Positions 38,753 to 50,317 of a stretch of DNA of 64,000 nt are shown here, piece by piece. Made by a program: the position numbers and the translations under genes. The notes beneath the pieces are model-generated. The model was not told the origin of the DNA and made no database searches. It saw only the letters and a list, made by a program, of their open reading frames with translations. The stretch is from an uncultured bacterium. Lineage in GTDB: Bacteria > Zhuqueibacterota > QNDG01 > DTFT01. How positions within the stretch are numbered: position 1 is the stretch's first letter; every line of letters starts with the position of its first letter. The stretch spans positions 160,001 through 224,000 of the forward strand of contig CAVTNR010000008.1 of the NCBI GenBank assembly GCA_963736115.1. Reading direction: 5' to 3'.

Positions 38753-41700
38753 CTACTCCGGTTTCCCCTCAGTCGCAGCCGGGACCTCCCCGTCCTGCGC
38801 CAGGATATGCAGGATGCCGCGGGCCGCGATGATAATCCGGTCGGCGTGCGAATCGATTGCATGCCCGAAGGCATGGAGGGCCCGGTCCAGCATGTATATC
38901 CGGAGGAGCATGTCCAGCTCGTCCGGATCTTTCGGCAGAATGTCCTCCTTGCCGACGGATTCGATATAGGACTTCAGGAATGTTTCGCCGGTCCGCCTTC
39001 GCCAGTTCCGTGCGGCGGTTTCCAGAACGGCGATATCGACATCCCGCAGGGAAGCGTCATGAAAAAGCGTGAAGTAAGCCGCACAGTGAAAGGACCACAT
39101 CATGCCGGCGATGTCGCGAAGGACGGAACGCTTGATCCGCCGTTCGCTGATCGGTCGGGTCGGATCGCCCTCGAAATCGGTGATGACAAAGTCCTTCCCC
39201 GTGAAAAGAACCTGGCCCAGATGATAATCCCCGTGAATGCGGATTCTTTTTGCCGTGAAATTTTTCCGCAAAATCAGCTGAAACCGTTCACGGATTGCCC
39301 TTTCCGATTCGAGGATCGGCGAGATTTCGCGTTGAATCTCCGGCGGGAACCGGCCCATCCTTCGGCGCAGGACGGCCAGCAGCAGCCGCGCCTGGCTTCC
39401 CATGGACTGATAAATCGAGCGTTGATAGAGAAACGTAAAGGGTTCGGGCGTCCAATCGGCCTGATTGGGCGCCGAAGCCAGCAGCAGGTGCATTTCGGCG
39501 GTTCTCCGTCCCAGGCGTTCAATCATTTCGACGAACAAAGGGTCAATCGCCGACTGGGCCGCCGCGGACGCGGTTGTGCCGGAACCGGCCGGCGCGTGCG
39601 GCGCCGCACCGCCCTTGGCCGCGGCCAGTGCGCGATCCAAATAACTTCGGACCTGATCGGTCGCGTAATCCCAGGCGTCCGACTGGGCCTGGACATGCCC
39701 CTGCAGGACGGCCATCGTCATCGGTTCCGTTCCGGCTCGGTGGAATTCGATGGAACCCGCATAGGCGGGCGCAGACCCGAATTTTTTCTGTTCGCTCAGA
39801 AAGCGGGACAACTCCGTTTCCGGATGGACTCCCTCGTCCAGTTTTCGGAAGACTTTCATGAAGAAACCGTTATCCAGGACGATCGACGTGTTGCTCCGGT
39901 CGTGCTTGAGGACTTTCGATGAATAATTCCGGGACGGATGATCGCCGATCAGGGATTTCAGCCGTTTCCCGGGGAATCCGGCGATCACGGAACCGTTTCT
40001 TGAGATTCTCTTTTTTTGGGTGATGAGCTCGAAGAGCGTTCTGTGAAATGCGCGATCATAGAGGCCGTCGTAAAGATAGCCTTCGGCTCCGCCCGCCGAC
40101 AGCCGGCAGATGATGCTCTGCGGAAAATCCCTGACGACATTCGGGTCTTCCTTCGAGCCGACGAAGGACAGGGGGAGCAGATAGGTTTCCGAGGGCCCCG
40201 TCGCGACCTGAACGATCAAGATGGCGATTCTCGTTCCCTGCGCATCCGATGGTACAACCTCGGAGACATGGACGGACCGGATCCGTTTGCCTCCGCCGTC
40301 GAACCATCGGCACCGTTTCAGATACGCCGGCAGGATGTCCGAGTCAAGACGATGAACGATGTCCGGAAGGAATATTTCCGGCCACGGGTTCTCCGCCCGC
40401 AAGAGGCCCTGTTCGATATGCGAAAAATCCGTCATATCGGATTTTTTCAGGATGAACCAGAAATGGCTGTATGGCCCGAGCGTCATCGGATAGGGATCCG
40501 CCGTAATGCGGGGAAAGGCGTTCTGGCTGAAAATTTCCTCGGGGACGTAATCCCGGTATCCCTTCAGATCCAGTTCCACGGATTGGGCGTACCGGGAAAG
40601 GTTGACGACGACCAGAATAATTTCGCTCCCGAGGATCCGGAGAAAACCGAGCACCTTGGAGTCGTCCGGCATGAGAAAAACCGTCGTCCCCCTGCTGAAA
40701 GCCCGGAGTTTCCGGCGCATGGCGATCACGCGCCGCATCCACCACAGCGGGGAGGACAGATTGTTCTCCTGCGTTTCCACGTTGATCGTCTCGTAATGGT
40801 ACTCCGAATCGATGACGACCGGCAGATACAGCTCCTGCGGGTTGACCCGGGAAAAGCCGGCATTCCGGTCCGGGCTCCATTGCATCGGAGTCCGGACCCC
40901 GTCCCGGTCGCCCAGGAATCGGTTGTCACCCATGCCGATTTCGTCGCCGTAATAGAGGACGGGCGTCCCCGGAAGAGAGAACAGAAGGATGTTGGCCAGC
41001 TCGATCTTGCGTCTGTTGTTCCCCAGTAGCGGCGCGAGCCTGCGGCGTATGCCCGAATTGATTTTAGACCGGGAATCCTTCGCGTAGGCCCGGTACATGT
41101 AGTCTCTTTCCTCGTCGGTCACCATCTCCAGGGTCAGCTCGTCGTGATTGCGAAGGAAAACGGCCCACTGGCAATTGGAGGGGATGTCCGGCGTCTGATC
41201 CAGGATGTCCACGATGGGGAAACGATCCTCCATCTGCAGGCTCATGAAAACGCGCGGCATGATCGGAAAATGGAAGGCCATCTGACATTCGTCTCCGCAG
41301 CCGAAATAAGCGGCGGCGTCCTCCGGCCACTGATTGGCTTCGGCCAGGAGCATTCGGTCCGGAAATCCGGAATCGATGTGTCGACGCAGTTTCTTCAGGA
41401 ATTCATGCGTCTCGGGCAGATTCTCGCAATTGGTCCCTTCCCGCTCGAACAGATACGGAACCGCATCCAGCCGCAGGCCGTCCACGCCCAGATCCAGCCA
41501 GAAATCCGCGATTCTGAGTATCTCCTCCTGAACGTCGGGATTCTCGAAATTCAGATCCGGCTGGTGGGAATAAAAACGGTGCCAGAAATAGGCCTTGGCC
41601 CGCTCATCCCAGGTCCAGTTCGATTGCTCGAAGTCCCCGAAAATGACGCGGGCGTCGGGATAGCGTTCGGGAGTGTCGCTCCATACGTAGTAATCGCGGT

Positions 41701-42094
41701 GATTGGAATGCGGCTGCGCCCGGCGTGCCCTCTGAAACCAGGGATGCTGATCGGACGTATGGTTGATGACCAGTTCCGTAATGACGCGGAGTCCGCGATG
41801 ATGGGCTTCCCTCAGGAATTCCCTGAAATCCTTCAGTGTTCCGTACTTGGGATGAACGTCGTAATAGTCCGATATATCATAACCGTCATCCTTTAGAGGG
41901 GAGGGATAAAAGGGAAGCAGCCAGATCGCCGATACGCCCAGGTTTTTCAGGTAATCCAGTTTTCGGGTCAGACCCCTGAAATCGCCGATTCCGTCGCCCG
42001 AACTGTCAAGAAAGGTTTTAATATGCAGCTGGTAAATGACGGCGTCTTTATACCAGAGCGGGTCGTGTTCAGGAGGTGTATTCATTGAATACAT
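38753..42094 (-). CDS. treS: Trehalose synthase fused to maltokinase (TreS-Pep2)
   Basis: [35 protein letters not shown]; C-terminal kinase with [10 protein letters not shown] and DFEG. Confidence 0.95.
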   Translation of the reverse strand: MYSMNTPPEHDPLWYKDAVIYQLHIKTFLDSSGDGIGDFRGLTRKLDYLKNLGVSAIWLLPFYPSPLKDDGYDISDYYDVHPKYGTLKDFREFLREAHHRGLRVITELVINHTSDQHPWFQRARRAQPHSNHRDYYVWSDTPERYPDARVIFGDFEQSNWTWDERAKAYFWHRFYSHQPDLNFENPDVQEEILRIADFWLDLGVDGLRLDAVPYLFEREGTNCENLPETHEFLKKLRRHIDSGFPDRMLLAEANQWPEDAAAYFGCGDECQMAFHFPIMPRVFMSLQMEDRFPIVDILDQTPDIPSNCQWAVFLRNHDELTLEMVTDEERDYMYRAYAKDSRSKINSGIRRRLAPLLGNNRRKIELANILLFSLPGTPVLYYGDEIGMGDNRFLGDRDGVRTPMQWSPDRNAGFSRVNPQELYLPVVIDSEYHYETINVETQENNLSSPLWWMRRVIAMRRKLRAFSRGTTVFLMPDDSKVLGFLRILGSEIILVVVNLSRYAQSVELDLKGYRDYVPEEIFSQNAFPRITADPYPMTLGPYSHFWFILKKSDMTDFSHIEQGLLRAENPWPEIFLPDIVHRLDSDILPAYLKRCRWFDGGGKRIRSVHVSEVVPSDAQGTRIAILIVQVATGPSETYLLPLSFVGSKEDPNVVRDFPQSIICRLSAGGAEGYLYDGLYDRAFHRTLFELITQKKRISRNGSVIAGFPGKRLKSLIGDHPSRNYSSKVLKHDRSNTSIVLDNGFFMKVFRKLDEGVHPETELSRFLSEQKKFGSAPAYAGSIEFHRAGTEPMTMAVLQGHVQAQSDAWDYATDQVRSYLDRALAAAKGGAAPHAPAGSGTTASAAAQSAIDPLFVEMIERLGRRTAEMHLLLASAPNQADWTPEPFTFLYQRSIYQSMGSQARLLLAVLRRRMGRFPPEIQREISPILESERAIRERFQLILRKNFTAKRIRIHGDYHLGQVLFTGKDFVITDFEGDPTRPISERRIKRSVLRDIAGMMWSFHCAAYFTLFHDASLRDVDIAVLETAARNWRRRTGETFLKSYIESVGKEDILPKDPDELDMLLRIYMLDRALHAFGHAIDSHADRIIIAARGILHILAQDGEVPAATEGKPE

Positions 42095-42714
42095 CGCATA
42101 TTTCCCCGGTTGTCACAATCGAAGTTCTGCTCGGGTGATGACACCGGACGTCGTTCCGAACGAATCCGGCGCTTCCGGTTTTACCCGGATCCGGATGAAC
42201 CGGATGTGACTGGCCATTCATGCATCCGTTCCGGCCTGATTTTCCGCTGACCCGGCTTGTCCGCAGGCAGGCACGACGAACGCGTCCGTGTGAAACGGGA
42301 GGCCGGACCGGGGCGGGTCCTGTTTCGCTGATCCGCTATGGCCGTGAGCCGGAACGGGCGTTTCCCGCTGCCCGCCAGGCGAAAGCGGGTATTCCGGGCC
42401 GGTTGGCATATGGAGAGCGGCGGCCCATTCTGTCCGTCCCGGGCCAGACACCGCCCGGGTGTCCTTCCCATTGCGGCTCCGCGAAGGATCCCGAAATTTC
42501 CAGCATTGGGATCGCTCCGCTTAAAACAATACGACATCCAGGTTATAAAATCAAGCGGGAAATGAAACTACCGGCTGGGCGGCCGTCCCCGGAGAGGGCG
42601 CGCCCGTATCGTCCGCCGTTGAACGACGGGGACCCATCCACGCGTACTTGAACGCGTCCCGGTTCAGCCGCAACCCGCCGGAACGCCGTGCTTTCAAAGG
42701 TTCGGCCGCGTTCC

Positions 42715-44787
42715 TCACCACTCCGTCCTCACCCCGACCACCACGTCCCTCCCAGGCCCGTCCCACCACGTCACGCCGGACAGCGGGTCGCGCACGCTCC
42801 GGTCCATGACATTCCGCACGCTGAGAGACACGCGAAGCGGCATGCCTGCCGTGAACCTGCCCCGGAAAACGGATCCGAAATACAGGTCCAGCAATACGGC
42901 GCCCCCGGTTTGGAGCTCATTCTCGGCCGCGTCCTTCCGGTCCGCGGACAGGCGGAGATCCGCGCCCGCGGTCCATTCGAACGGCGCGCCGTTCAGACGG
43001 ACGGAAAGCGTCCCCCTGAGAGGCGGAACGCCGGGAAGGGGCGCATCTTCCGTTTCGTCCCGGCCTTCCACCGCGGATACGATCAGGCCGAAGCGGGCAT
43101 GACCGGACGCGGCCCAGGATGCGCCGGCTTCCCCGCCGGTCAGGAGCGCGCGGCCCACGTTCGCGTAAGCGAATGTGTCCCTGGCCGCGGTGAGCGTCCG
43201 CAGAACAATGAGCCGGTCAATGCGGTTCCGGAAGAGAGAAAATTCTCCTTCAACGCGGTCCGACTTCCATTTTACGCCCGCGTCCAGATTCAGGCTCGTT
43301 TCGGAGCGGAGTTCCGGATTGCCGATCACGAATCCGGCCTGGCCCGATCCGCGGAAATACCGCTCCTGCGGATCCGGTGAACGGAACGCGCGGCCGACAT
43401 TGGCGAACAGGCGGAGAGGTCCGGCCGGCCTGCAGAGAACACCGGCATTTCCGGACCAGTTCGACTCCGATTCCCTGCGGTCCGATTCGACGAAGGTGCC
43501 GGCCGTTCCCCCGGCCCGGCTCAGGAAAAGGTCGGTCCGGCCGCCGGCTTGCACTGATATAAAGCGTGAGGCTGCGAGCTCGGCGTTGACGAAAACCCCC
43601 GCTCCGGACTGCGTGAGACGGGGCAGGGGAGGCGTCCGGTCAGGGGGAGGATCCTTCAGCACGGCGCCGGACGCGTTGCGGAGCAGGAGATCCGCGATCC
43701 GTTCGGAGACGACCCGGTGCGTGAATGCCTCCCCTCCGGCGATCACGTAATGCGGGCCCAGCACCCAGTCGGACTGGCCGCTGAAGCCCGCGGCCCTCAG
43801 GCGCCGTTCCGCGTTCTGGGTTTGTTCAACGAACGCCGGGCCCTTCGGTTTTCCGGAAATCAAAGCCTCAAAACTCCGGTATTCCTTCTGACCGTAGGTC
43901 CGGACGCGGACGCCTTTCCACGCGCCCTTCGGCCGACGTATTTCGAATTCCGCGGTGAGTCGGTCGCGGTCATAGGCGTTGAAACCGGCCCGGGCCGCGT
44001 ACCGGTCCGCGGGCACGCCGACCTTGTCCATCCGGTCCGTTTGGCCGCGGAACGTCAGGCGCACGCCCCGGCCCGGTTTCAGGACCGCTTCGGCCTGAAA
44101 CGCGTTGCCCCGGAAAGCCGTATTGGCCAGCCTGCCCATGGGCGTCCGGAGATCCTCGGCTGTGCGGCGGGCCGCATTCACGGATAGAGAAGCTCTGCGG
44201 CCGTCCGCGGCCAGGGATGCCGTACCGTTCCACTGGCTGTTCGCGGACAGGTATTGGACGCCGGACCGGCCTGACACACCTGAGGGCCGCGGCCCGGGCG
44301 TCGGCGCCGGTCCTGTGATGAGGTTCACGACCCCGGCCACCGCGTCCGATCCGTACAGGACCGAGGCCGGACCCCGGATCACCTCGATCCGGACGATCTG
44401 GTCCGCGTCCACGAGAAAGGGGTGCTCGCCGTACCCGCGCAGGATGTCGAGGCGGAGCCCGTCCACGAGCAGGAGCACGCGCGAACCGGAAAGGCCGCGT
44501 ATCGACCACCGGCCCGTCCATGGGCCGACGGACTGCGTTGCGGCGCCGGGAAGGATCGCGGCCGCGTCCGACGCGGTCGCGACACCGTCCGACCACAGGC
44601 GGTCCGCGGGTATGGCGGACAGGGGCCGGTTCGTTTCCATGGCGTCCGACTCGCGCCGGTTCGCTGTGACAAAGACTTCCGGCATCCGGTAACGCACGGA
44701 ATCGGGGGGAGGCACGGATGCGGTCTGGCCGGACAGGGACACAGCCGCGGTCAGGAAGAGAATGAGGGAATGCGTTCGGGCGGACAT
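42715..44787 (-). CDS. TonB-dependent receptor (heme/cobalamin-like substrate class, substrate unknown)
   Basis: EVFVTANR TonB box, SIRGL..RVLLLVDG, RIEVIRGPASVLYGSDA, FRSP, GNPELRSE, terminal W. Confidence 0.92.
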   Translation of the reverse strand: MSARTHSLILFLTAAVSLSGQTASVPPPDSVRYRMPEVFVTANRRESDAMETNRPLSAIPADRLWSDGVATASDAAAILPGAATQSVGPWTGRWSIRGLSGSRVLLLVDGLRLDILRGYGEHPFLVDADQIVRIEVIRGPASVLYGSDAVAGVVNLITGPAPTPGPRPSGVSGRSGVQYLSANSQWNGTASLAADGRRASLSVNAARRTAEDLRTPMGRLANTAFRGNAFQAEAVLKPGRGVRLTFRGQTDRMDKVGVPADRYAARAGFNAYDRDRLTAEFEIRRPKGAWKGVRVRTYGQKEYRSFEALISGKPKGPAFVEQTQNAERRLRAAGFSGQSDWVLGPHYVIAGGEAFTHRVVSERIADLLLRNASGAVLKDPPPDRTPPLPRLTQSGAGVFVNAELAASRFISVQAGGRTDLFLSRAGGTAGTFVESDRRESESNWSGNAGVLCRPAGPLRLFANVGRAFRSPDPQERYFRGSGQAGFVIGNPELRSETSLNLDAGVKWKSDRVEGEFSLFRNRIDRLIVLRTLTAARDTFAYANVGRALLTGGEAGASWAASGHARFGLIVSAVEGRDETEDAPLPGVPPLRGTLSVRLNGAPFEWTAGADLRLSADRKDAAENELQTGGAVLLDLYFGSVFRGRFTAGMPLRVSLSVRNVMDRSVRDPLSGVTWWDGPGRDVVVGVRTEW

Positions 44788-44802
44788 GGTTTGGTATTCT
44801 CA

Positions 44803-44826
44803 GTAGCCCACGGTTTTAACCGTGGG
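44803..44826. repeat. GTAG-type REP-like palindrome
   Basis: GTAG-CCCACGGTT-TT-AACCGTGGG. Confidence 0.55.
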
Positions 44827-44872
44827 CGGCTTCAGCCGGGGGAGGTTTTAACCGTAGGTCGTCCGTATCGGT

Positions 44873-46009
44873 TCACTCCGTCGGAATCGGGCGCAGCACA
44901 ACGGTGAACGTGCTTCCCCGGTCCGGTTCGCTTTCGACGGAGACGTCCCCGCCGTACATCAGCGCGAGTTTCTTCACGATGGCGAGGCCGAGGCCGGAGC
45001 CCAGGATGCTCCGGGTTTTCTCGTTCTTGATGCGGACGAACTCCCGGAACAGCATGGCGGTCTCCTCCGGGGTCAACCCGATGCCGGTGTCCCGGACCGT
45101 CAGCCGGGCGGTTCCGTTCTCGTCCGAGAGAAGGATGTCCACGCGGCCGCCGTCGCGGTTGTATTTCACAGCGTTGGTGATCAGGTTGTTGAGGATCATC
45201 TCGATCTCGCCCGCGTCGCAGCGGAACCGGAATGCCGCGGGCGCTTCCACGGCGATCGTGACGCCTTTTTCCCCGGCCTGCGGCAAAACGGTTTCGACGG
45301 CGGTTCTCAGGACGGACGTCAGGTCCTGTTCGGCGGCCTCGCGGCGCTTCGCCCCCGATTCGATGCGGGTCAGATCGAGCAGGTCGTGGATGATCTTGCG
45401 CATGCCCGTGAGGCGGAGGAGGCTGCGGTTCAGGGGCTCGTCGTAGTCGGACAGCGAGTCGCCCAGGGTCCGGTCGCGGATCATGTGGAGATACCCTTCC
45501 ACCGCGTTCAGGGGCGCCTTCAGTTCGTGCCCGAGCACGGAGATGAACTGGAACCGCACCTTGCGCTGTTCCCGGGCGAGCTTTTTCACCTGCCGCGCGA
45601 GGAGGAGGTTCTGCGCGGCCTTGGTCAGCGTTTTGCGGAGTTCGTCCGGCGTGAAGGGCTTGGCGAGAAAATCGAAGGCGCCGCCCTTGATCGCGCTCAC
45701 CGCGGTTTCGAGCGACGCGTAGGCGGTGATCATCAGCGTGACCGATTCGGACAGTTCCGGCCGGAACCGTTCCAGTATCTCCAGCCCGGTGGTATCCGGC
45801 AGTTTGTAGTCGAGCAGGAGGACGTCGGGCGCCGCGGACCGTATCTTTTCCCCGGCCTCGGCGCCGCTCTCCGCGGTTTCCACTTCGAAACCGAACGTCT
45901 CGTCCATGTCGGGGATGCGGAACTCGAACCGGTCCAGCGCGCGGCGAATGCCCTCGCGCATGCCGAGTTCATCATCGACGACCAGCGTGCGGAGCCGCTC
46001 CACGGTCAC
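44873..46009 (-). CDS. Hybrid receiver-histidine kinase
   Basis: VVDDE, LLDYKLPD, AKPF; HELKAPL, NAVKYN, DTGIG, GSGLGL. Confidence 0.92.
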   Translation of the reverse strand: MTVERLRTLVVDDELGMREGIRRALDRFEFRIPDMDETFGFEVETAESGAEAGEKIRSAAPDVLLLDYKLPDTTGLEILERFRPELSESVTLMITAYASLETAVSAIKGGAFDFLAKPFTPDELRKTLTKAAQNLLLARQVKKLAREQRKVRFQFISVLGHELKAPLNAVEGYLHMIRDRTLGDSLSDYDEPLNRSLLRLTGMRKIIHDLLDLTRIESGAKRREAAEQDLTSVLRTAVETVLPQAGEKGVTIAVEAPAAFRFRCDAGEIEMILNNLITNAVKYNRDGGRVDILLSDENGTARLTVRDTGIGLTPEETAMLFREFVRIKNEKTRSILGSGLGLAIVKKLALMYGGDVSVESEPDRGSTFTVVLRPIPTE

Positions 46010-46401
46010 TTCCCCCCGAGCAGGCGGCGCATCTCGCGCTCCAGCTGTTCGAAGCGGACGGGTTTCGAGAGCAGGGCGTCGGCCTTGACCCATGACCGTT
46101 CCTCGTCCGTGGCCGCGTCGAATTCCATGCCCGTTTCGGCCGTCACGGCCGTCACGAGGATGACCGGAATCGAGGGGTCGGTCTTCTTGATGTGGTACGA
46201 AAGCGCGAACCCGCCGTCCGTGTGCTCCATCATGAGGTCCACGACGGCGAGGTCGGGTTTCAGTTCGCGGAGCTTCTCCTCGGCCTCCCGCTGGCCGCCC
46301 GCGGTGACCACCCGGTACCCGGCCCGCTTCAGCATGGTTTCCATCTGAAACAGAAAGTCGGGATCGTCGTCCACCACGAGAATGGTCTGATTTTCAGTCA
46401 T
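46006..46401 (-). CDS. Single-domain response regulator
   Basis: ILVVDDD, VDLMME, VTAV, KPV. Confidence 0.92.
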   Translation of the reverse strand: MTENQTILVVDDDPDFLFQMETMLKRAGYRVVTAGGQREAEEKLRELKPDLAVVDLMMEHTDGGFALSYHIKKTDPSIPVILVTAVTAETGMEFDAATDEERSWVKADALLSKPVRFEQLEREMRRLLGGK

Positions 46402-46452
46402 GCGGTTCCCTTCGTTATTCATGTCTTGCGCGGCCGGATCGGGCCGTGCCGA

Positions 46453-48513
46453 TCACGCGGCCGGGATGTTTTCGTCCGGCCGGGCCGCGATGGTGCGGTC
46501 CACGGATTCGGCCTCCGGGGCCCGCGCGGGCAGGTCGATCGTGAAGCTCGATCCCGTCGGCCCCTGCGACGGATCGGCGTTGGACTCCACCCGGATGTCG
46601 CCCCGGTGCATCTTCACGATGCCGTAGGCGATGGCGAGCCCGAGCCCCGTGCCGCGTCCGATCTGGCGCGTCGTAAAGAACGGCTCGAAGATTTTCTTGA
46701 GGTTCTCCCGGGGAATGCCCACGCCGGTGTCGGACACCCGGAACCGGACGCGCTCGCCCGACCGCTCCGTCCCCACGGTCAGCACGCCGCCGGCGGGCAT
46801 GGCGGCGGCCGCGTTGTGGACCAGATTGTTGAGCACCTGGAGAATCTGGTCCCGGTCCAGATCGGCGACGGGGTCGTCGCCCCGGTGCGCGATCTCCGCC
46901 CGCACGTTCTCGGGCAGACGCAGGGGTTTCAGGCATTCTTCGGCGAGCGTCCGGACGTCGACCGGTTTGAGAAAAACCTTGTTCTGGCGCGCGAAATGGA
47001 GCAGGCCGGACACGATTTTCTTGGCCCGGTCCGCGTGGTCCACGATCATCTTCAGGTCGTCGGTCATCTGCGAGGGCCGGTCGGCCGCGTCCTTGAGCAG
47101 GTGCGCGTACATCAGCACCACGCCGAGCGGGTTGTTGACCTCGTGCGCGATGCCCGCGGCCAGCTGGCCCATGCTGGCCATTTTCTCCGACTGGATGAGC
47201 GCCTCGCGGGTCTCGTCGAGCCGCCGGTTGGAGACATTCAGCTCGCGGATGGTGCTGTGCAGCTGCTCGATGGAGTAGGGCAGGCACATTTCCTCCTCGG
47301 CGTGGCCGCGGATGATGGCGGCGGCGTGCTCGCGGCAGGTGTCGTACCCGCAGGCGCCGCAGTTCAGCTCGTCCTCCCTGCGGAACTTCCCGATCGACGC
47401 GAGCACCTCGCGGATTTTCTCCTCGGGAGGCGGGGACACGCGCTGGTCGAAGGGGATGAAGCGGCGGCCCAGGTGGATGTCCGCGAACCGTTCCATGGCG
47501 TCCTGCCAGGCGGCTTTATCGCGGCGGCCGATGATGTCGCGCGCGTAGCGGCCGATCCGGCTGCGGCGCCGGAACGGGGGCGCCTCGGTCGTCATGCCCG
47601 GCCCCATGATGCAGCCGTCGCAGCAGAGCACGTCGAGAAACCGGGCCTCCACGTCACCGGCCGAGAATTCCATCACCGCGTCGATGAAGATGGCCTTTCC
47701 GTTGGCGGAGACGACCTTGCCGTCGATCAAATCCTCCTCGATGCCGGCGGCCTCGAGGAGCCCGCGGCCGACCGGAAAGAGCGACCCCTTGCCCGCGTGG
47801 GGCGGGTTGAAATCGCGCGGCGTGACCCCGCCTGGGGTGACGCCGTGTCGCTCGAACATGCCCCGGAGCTCCGAGAAGGTCAGCACTTCGTCCACTTCGC
47901 CGTCGACTTCCTCGCTCTCGGCCTCGATTTTCTTCGAAATGCAGGGGCCGATGAAGATGATGCGGATATCCGGCCCGTGCATCTCGTGCAGTACCCGGGC
48001 CGTGGCGATCATGGGGGAGACCACGGGCGCCAGGTCGTCGAGGAGCTCGGGGTGGTACCGCTTGACGTAGCCGAACACGGCCGGGCAGGCGGTGGAGATG
48101 TACCGCTCCACGCCGGGCGCGTCCAGGAGCTCGCGCATGCGGCGCGCCACCAGGTCCGCCCCGAACCCGACCTCGTGGACGAAGGAGAACCCGAGGGCCC
48201 GGATCATGCCGACGAGCCGTGTGTGGGCCATGTCCGGGAACTCCGCCGCGAAGCTGGGCGCGACGATGGCCGCGACGAGGTCGTCCGATTCGAGCAGGCG
48301 TTCGATCTCGGGAATGTTGTTCCGGACCCGCTTGGCGTTCTGGCTGCAGACGCGCACGCAGTTGCCGCACCCGATACAGCTGTCGGGTATGACCTGGGCC
48401 TGCCCTCCGGCGATCCGGATCGCCTTGGCGGGGCATTCCCGCACGCAGGTGTAGCAGACCCGGCACCGGTCGTAGATCGTGCTGACGAGAGGTTCTGTCT
48501 TTCTCAGCGGCAA
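46453..48513 (-). CDS. Sensory [FeFe]-hydrogenase-like domain fused to a histidine kinase (group C1-like)
   Basis: Two CxxCxxCxxxC ferredoxin motifs, TACPA, GPCISKKIE, CCDGCIMG, LNCGACGY.TC, AHEVNNP, FEPFFTT, GTGLGL. Confidence 0.88.
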   Translation of the reverse strand: MPLRKTEPLVSTIYDRCRVCYTCVRECPAKAIRIAGGQAQVIPDSCIGCGNCVRVCSQNAKRVRNNIPEIERLLESDDLVAAIVAPSFAAEFPDMAHTRLVGMIRALGFSFVHEVGFGADLVARRMRELLDAPGVERYISTACPAVFGYVKRYHPELLDDLAPVVSPMIATARVLHEMHGPDIRIIFIGPCISKKIEAESEEVDGEVDEVLTFSELRGMFERHGVTPGGVTPRDFNPPHAGKGSLFPVGRGLLEAAGIEEDLIDGKVVSANGKAIFIDAVMEFSAGDVEARFLDVLCCDGCIMGPGMTTEAPPFRRRSRIGRYARDIIGRRDKAAWQDAMERFADIHLGRRFIPFDQRVSPPPEEKIREVLASIGKFRREDELNCGACGYDTCREHAAAIIRGHAEEEMCLPYSIEQLHSTIRELNVSNRRLDETREALIQSEKMASMGQLAAGIAHEVNNPLGVVLMYAHLLKDAADRPSQMTDDLKMIVDHADRAKKIVSGLLHFARQNKVFLKPVDVRTLAEECLKPLRLPENVRAEIAHRGDDPVADLDRDQILQVLNNLVHNAAAAMPAGGVLTVGTERSGERVRFRVSDTGVGIPRENLKKIFEPFFTTRQIGRGTGLGLAIAYGIVKMHRGDIRVESNADPSQGPTGSSFTIDLPARAPEAESVDRTIAARPDENIPAA

Positions 48514-48568
48514 ATCCGTTCACCCTTTCCCCGGGCCGGCCGGATCCGGACGAGCGGCCGGCGGCGGG

Positions 48569-50292
48569 TCATTGCAGGACGTCCCGATCGTGGTAATGCG
48601 TGTGCAGCAGGCGGTGGCTCTTCTCGCCGAGGGGCTCGCCCAGGAATTCCTTGTACAGCCGGACGACGGAGGGGTTCCCGTGCGAGGTCCGGACGCGGGA
48701 CGTTTCGTCGATCTCGTACAGGGCCTTCATCCGGGCCCGGACGGCCGCCAGGTTGGCGCTCAGCGGCTGGCCGCCGCCCGCGATGCATCCCCCGGGGCAG
48801 GTCATGACCTCGATGAAGTGCAGGTCGTTCCGGCCGGTTTTGATCTCCTCGAGAAGGCGCCGCGCGTTGCCGAGGCCGGAGACCACGGCGAACCCCATGC
48901 GGATGCCGCCGACCTCGAGGTGGACCTGCTTGATCCCGTCCAGCCCGCGGAGCTCCTGGATTTTCGGCCGGTCGAGTTCCTTCCCGGTCAGGAGGAAATG
49001 GGCCGTCCGGATGGCGGCCTCCATCACGCCGCCCGACACGCCGAAGAGCTTGCCCGCGCTGCTGCGTTCGCCGAAGGGCGAGTCGTCGGGCTCGGGCTCC
49101 AGGGCCTTCAGGTCGAGGCCGCGCATGCGGATCACGCGCGACAGTTCGCGCGTGGTCAGCACGGCGTCGACGTCTGCGACCTCGCCGCCGGTCATTTCGG
49201 AGCGCTCGCACTCGAATTTCTTGGCGGTGCAGGGCATGACGGACACGCTGAAGATGTCTTCGGGCGACGCGCCTTCGCGTTCGGCGAAAGCGCTCTTGAT
49301 CAGCGCGCCCATCATCTGCTGGGGGCTCTTGCACGAGGAGAGGTTCTCCAGGAACTCCGGATAGAACTGCTCCACGAACTTGATCCATCCGGGCGAACAG
49401 CTGGTGAACATGGGCAGGCGGCCGCCCGTCTGGACGCGCCGGATGAATTCCGCGGCCTCCTCCATGATGGTCAGGTCGGCCGAGAACGAGGTGTCGAAAA
49501 CGCGGTCGAACCCGAGCCGGCGGAACGCGGCGGCCATGATGCCCATCACGTCCGCGCCGGGCTTGAGGCCGAATTCCTCGCCGAGGGTGACCGATACGGC
49601 CGGCGCGTGCTGGACCACCACGAGCTTCTTCGGGTTCTGGATGGCGCTGATGACGCGCTTCAGGGCGCTCTGCTCCCGGAGGGCCCCGGTCGGGCAGACG
49701 ACGACGCACTGACCGCAGTTGACGCAGCTCGAGACGTTCATGCCCTCGTCGAACGCCGTGCCCCACGACCGTTTTGCTGCCCCGGCCGATGAAGTCGATG
49801 GCCGACACGCCCTGCACCTCCTCGCAGACGCGGACGCACTTGCCGCAGAGGATGCACTTGTCCGGGTCGCGCTCGATGGCCGGGCTCGAGATGTCCATCT
49901 TGTGCTGGGACTTGGCGCCCTGAAACCGGCGCTGTCGCACGCCCAGCTCCTGGGCCAGGTCCTGCAGGTCGCAGTTCCCCGTTGCGCACGCAGTAGAGGC
50001 AGTCGTCCGGATGGTTGGCGAGCAGCAGTTCGATGATGGTCTTGCGCGAGCGGACCGCCTTGGGCGAATGGGTCCGGATCTTCTGGCCCGCCTGAACGGG
50101 GTACGCGCAGGAGGGGACCAGCCCCGGGACGCCGTCGATTTCGACGACGCACATGCGGCAGGCGCCGCTGGGGAAGAGCCCCTCCAGGTGGCAGAGCGTG
50201 GGCACCTTGATGCCTTCGCGCTTGAGCGCCGTGAGGAGGGTCTCGCCTTCGTTGGCCTGGATCGGCCGGTTGTTGACTTCGATCTGTATCAC
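48569..50292 (-). CDS. hydA: [FeFe]-hydrogenase catalytic subunit (group A3-like), frameshifts near 49980 and 49762
   Basis: PTLCH, GACRMC, H.DDCLYC, CILCGKC; H-cluster motifs [32 protein letters not shown] across three frames. Confidence 0.9.
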
Positions 50293-50317
50293 GCGTTGGC
50301 TCCGTGTTCTGAGTTTT

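Noticed and set aside
42100-42714. Integrase or transposase remnant at the island end
   Set aside because: ORFs here are short, Arg/Pro-rich and show no recombinase motifs.
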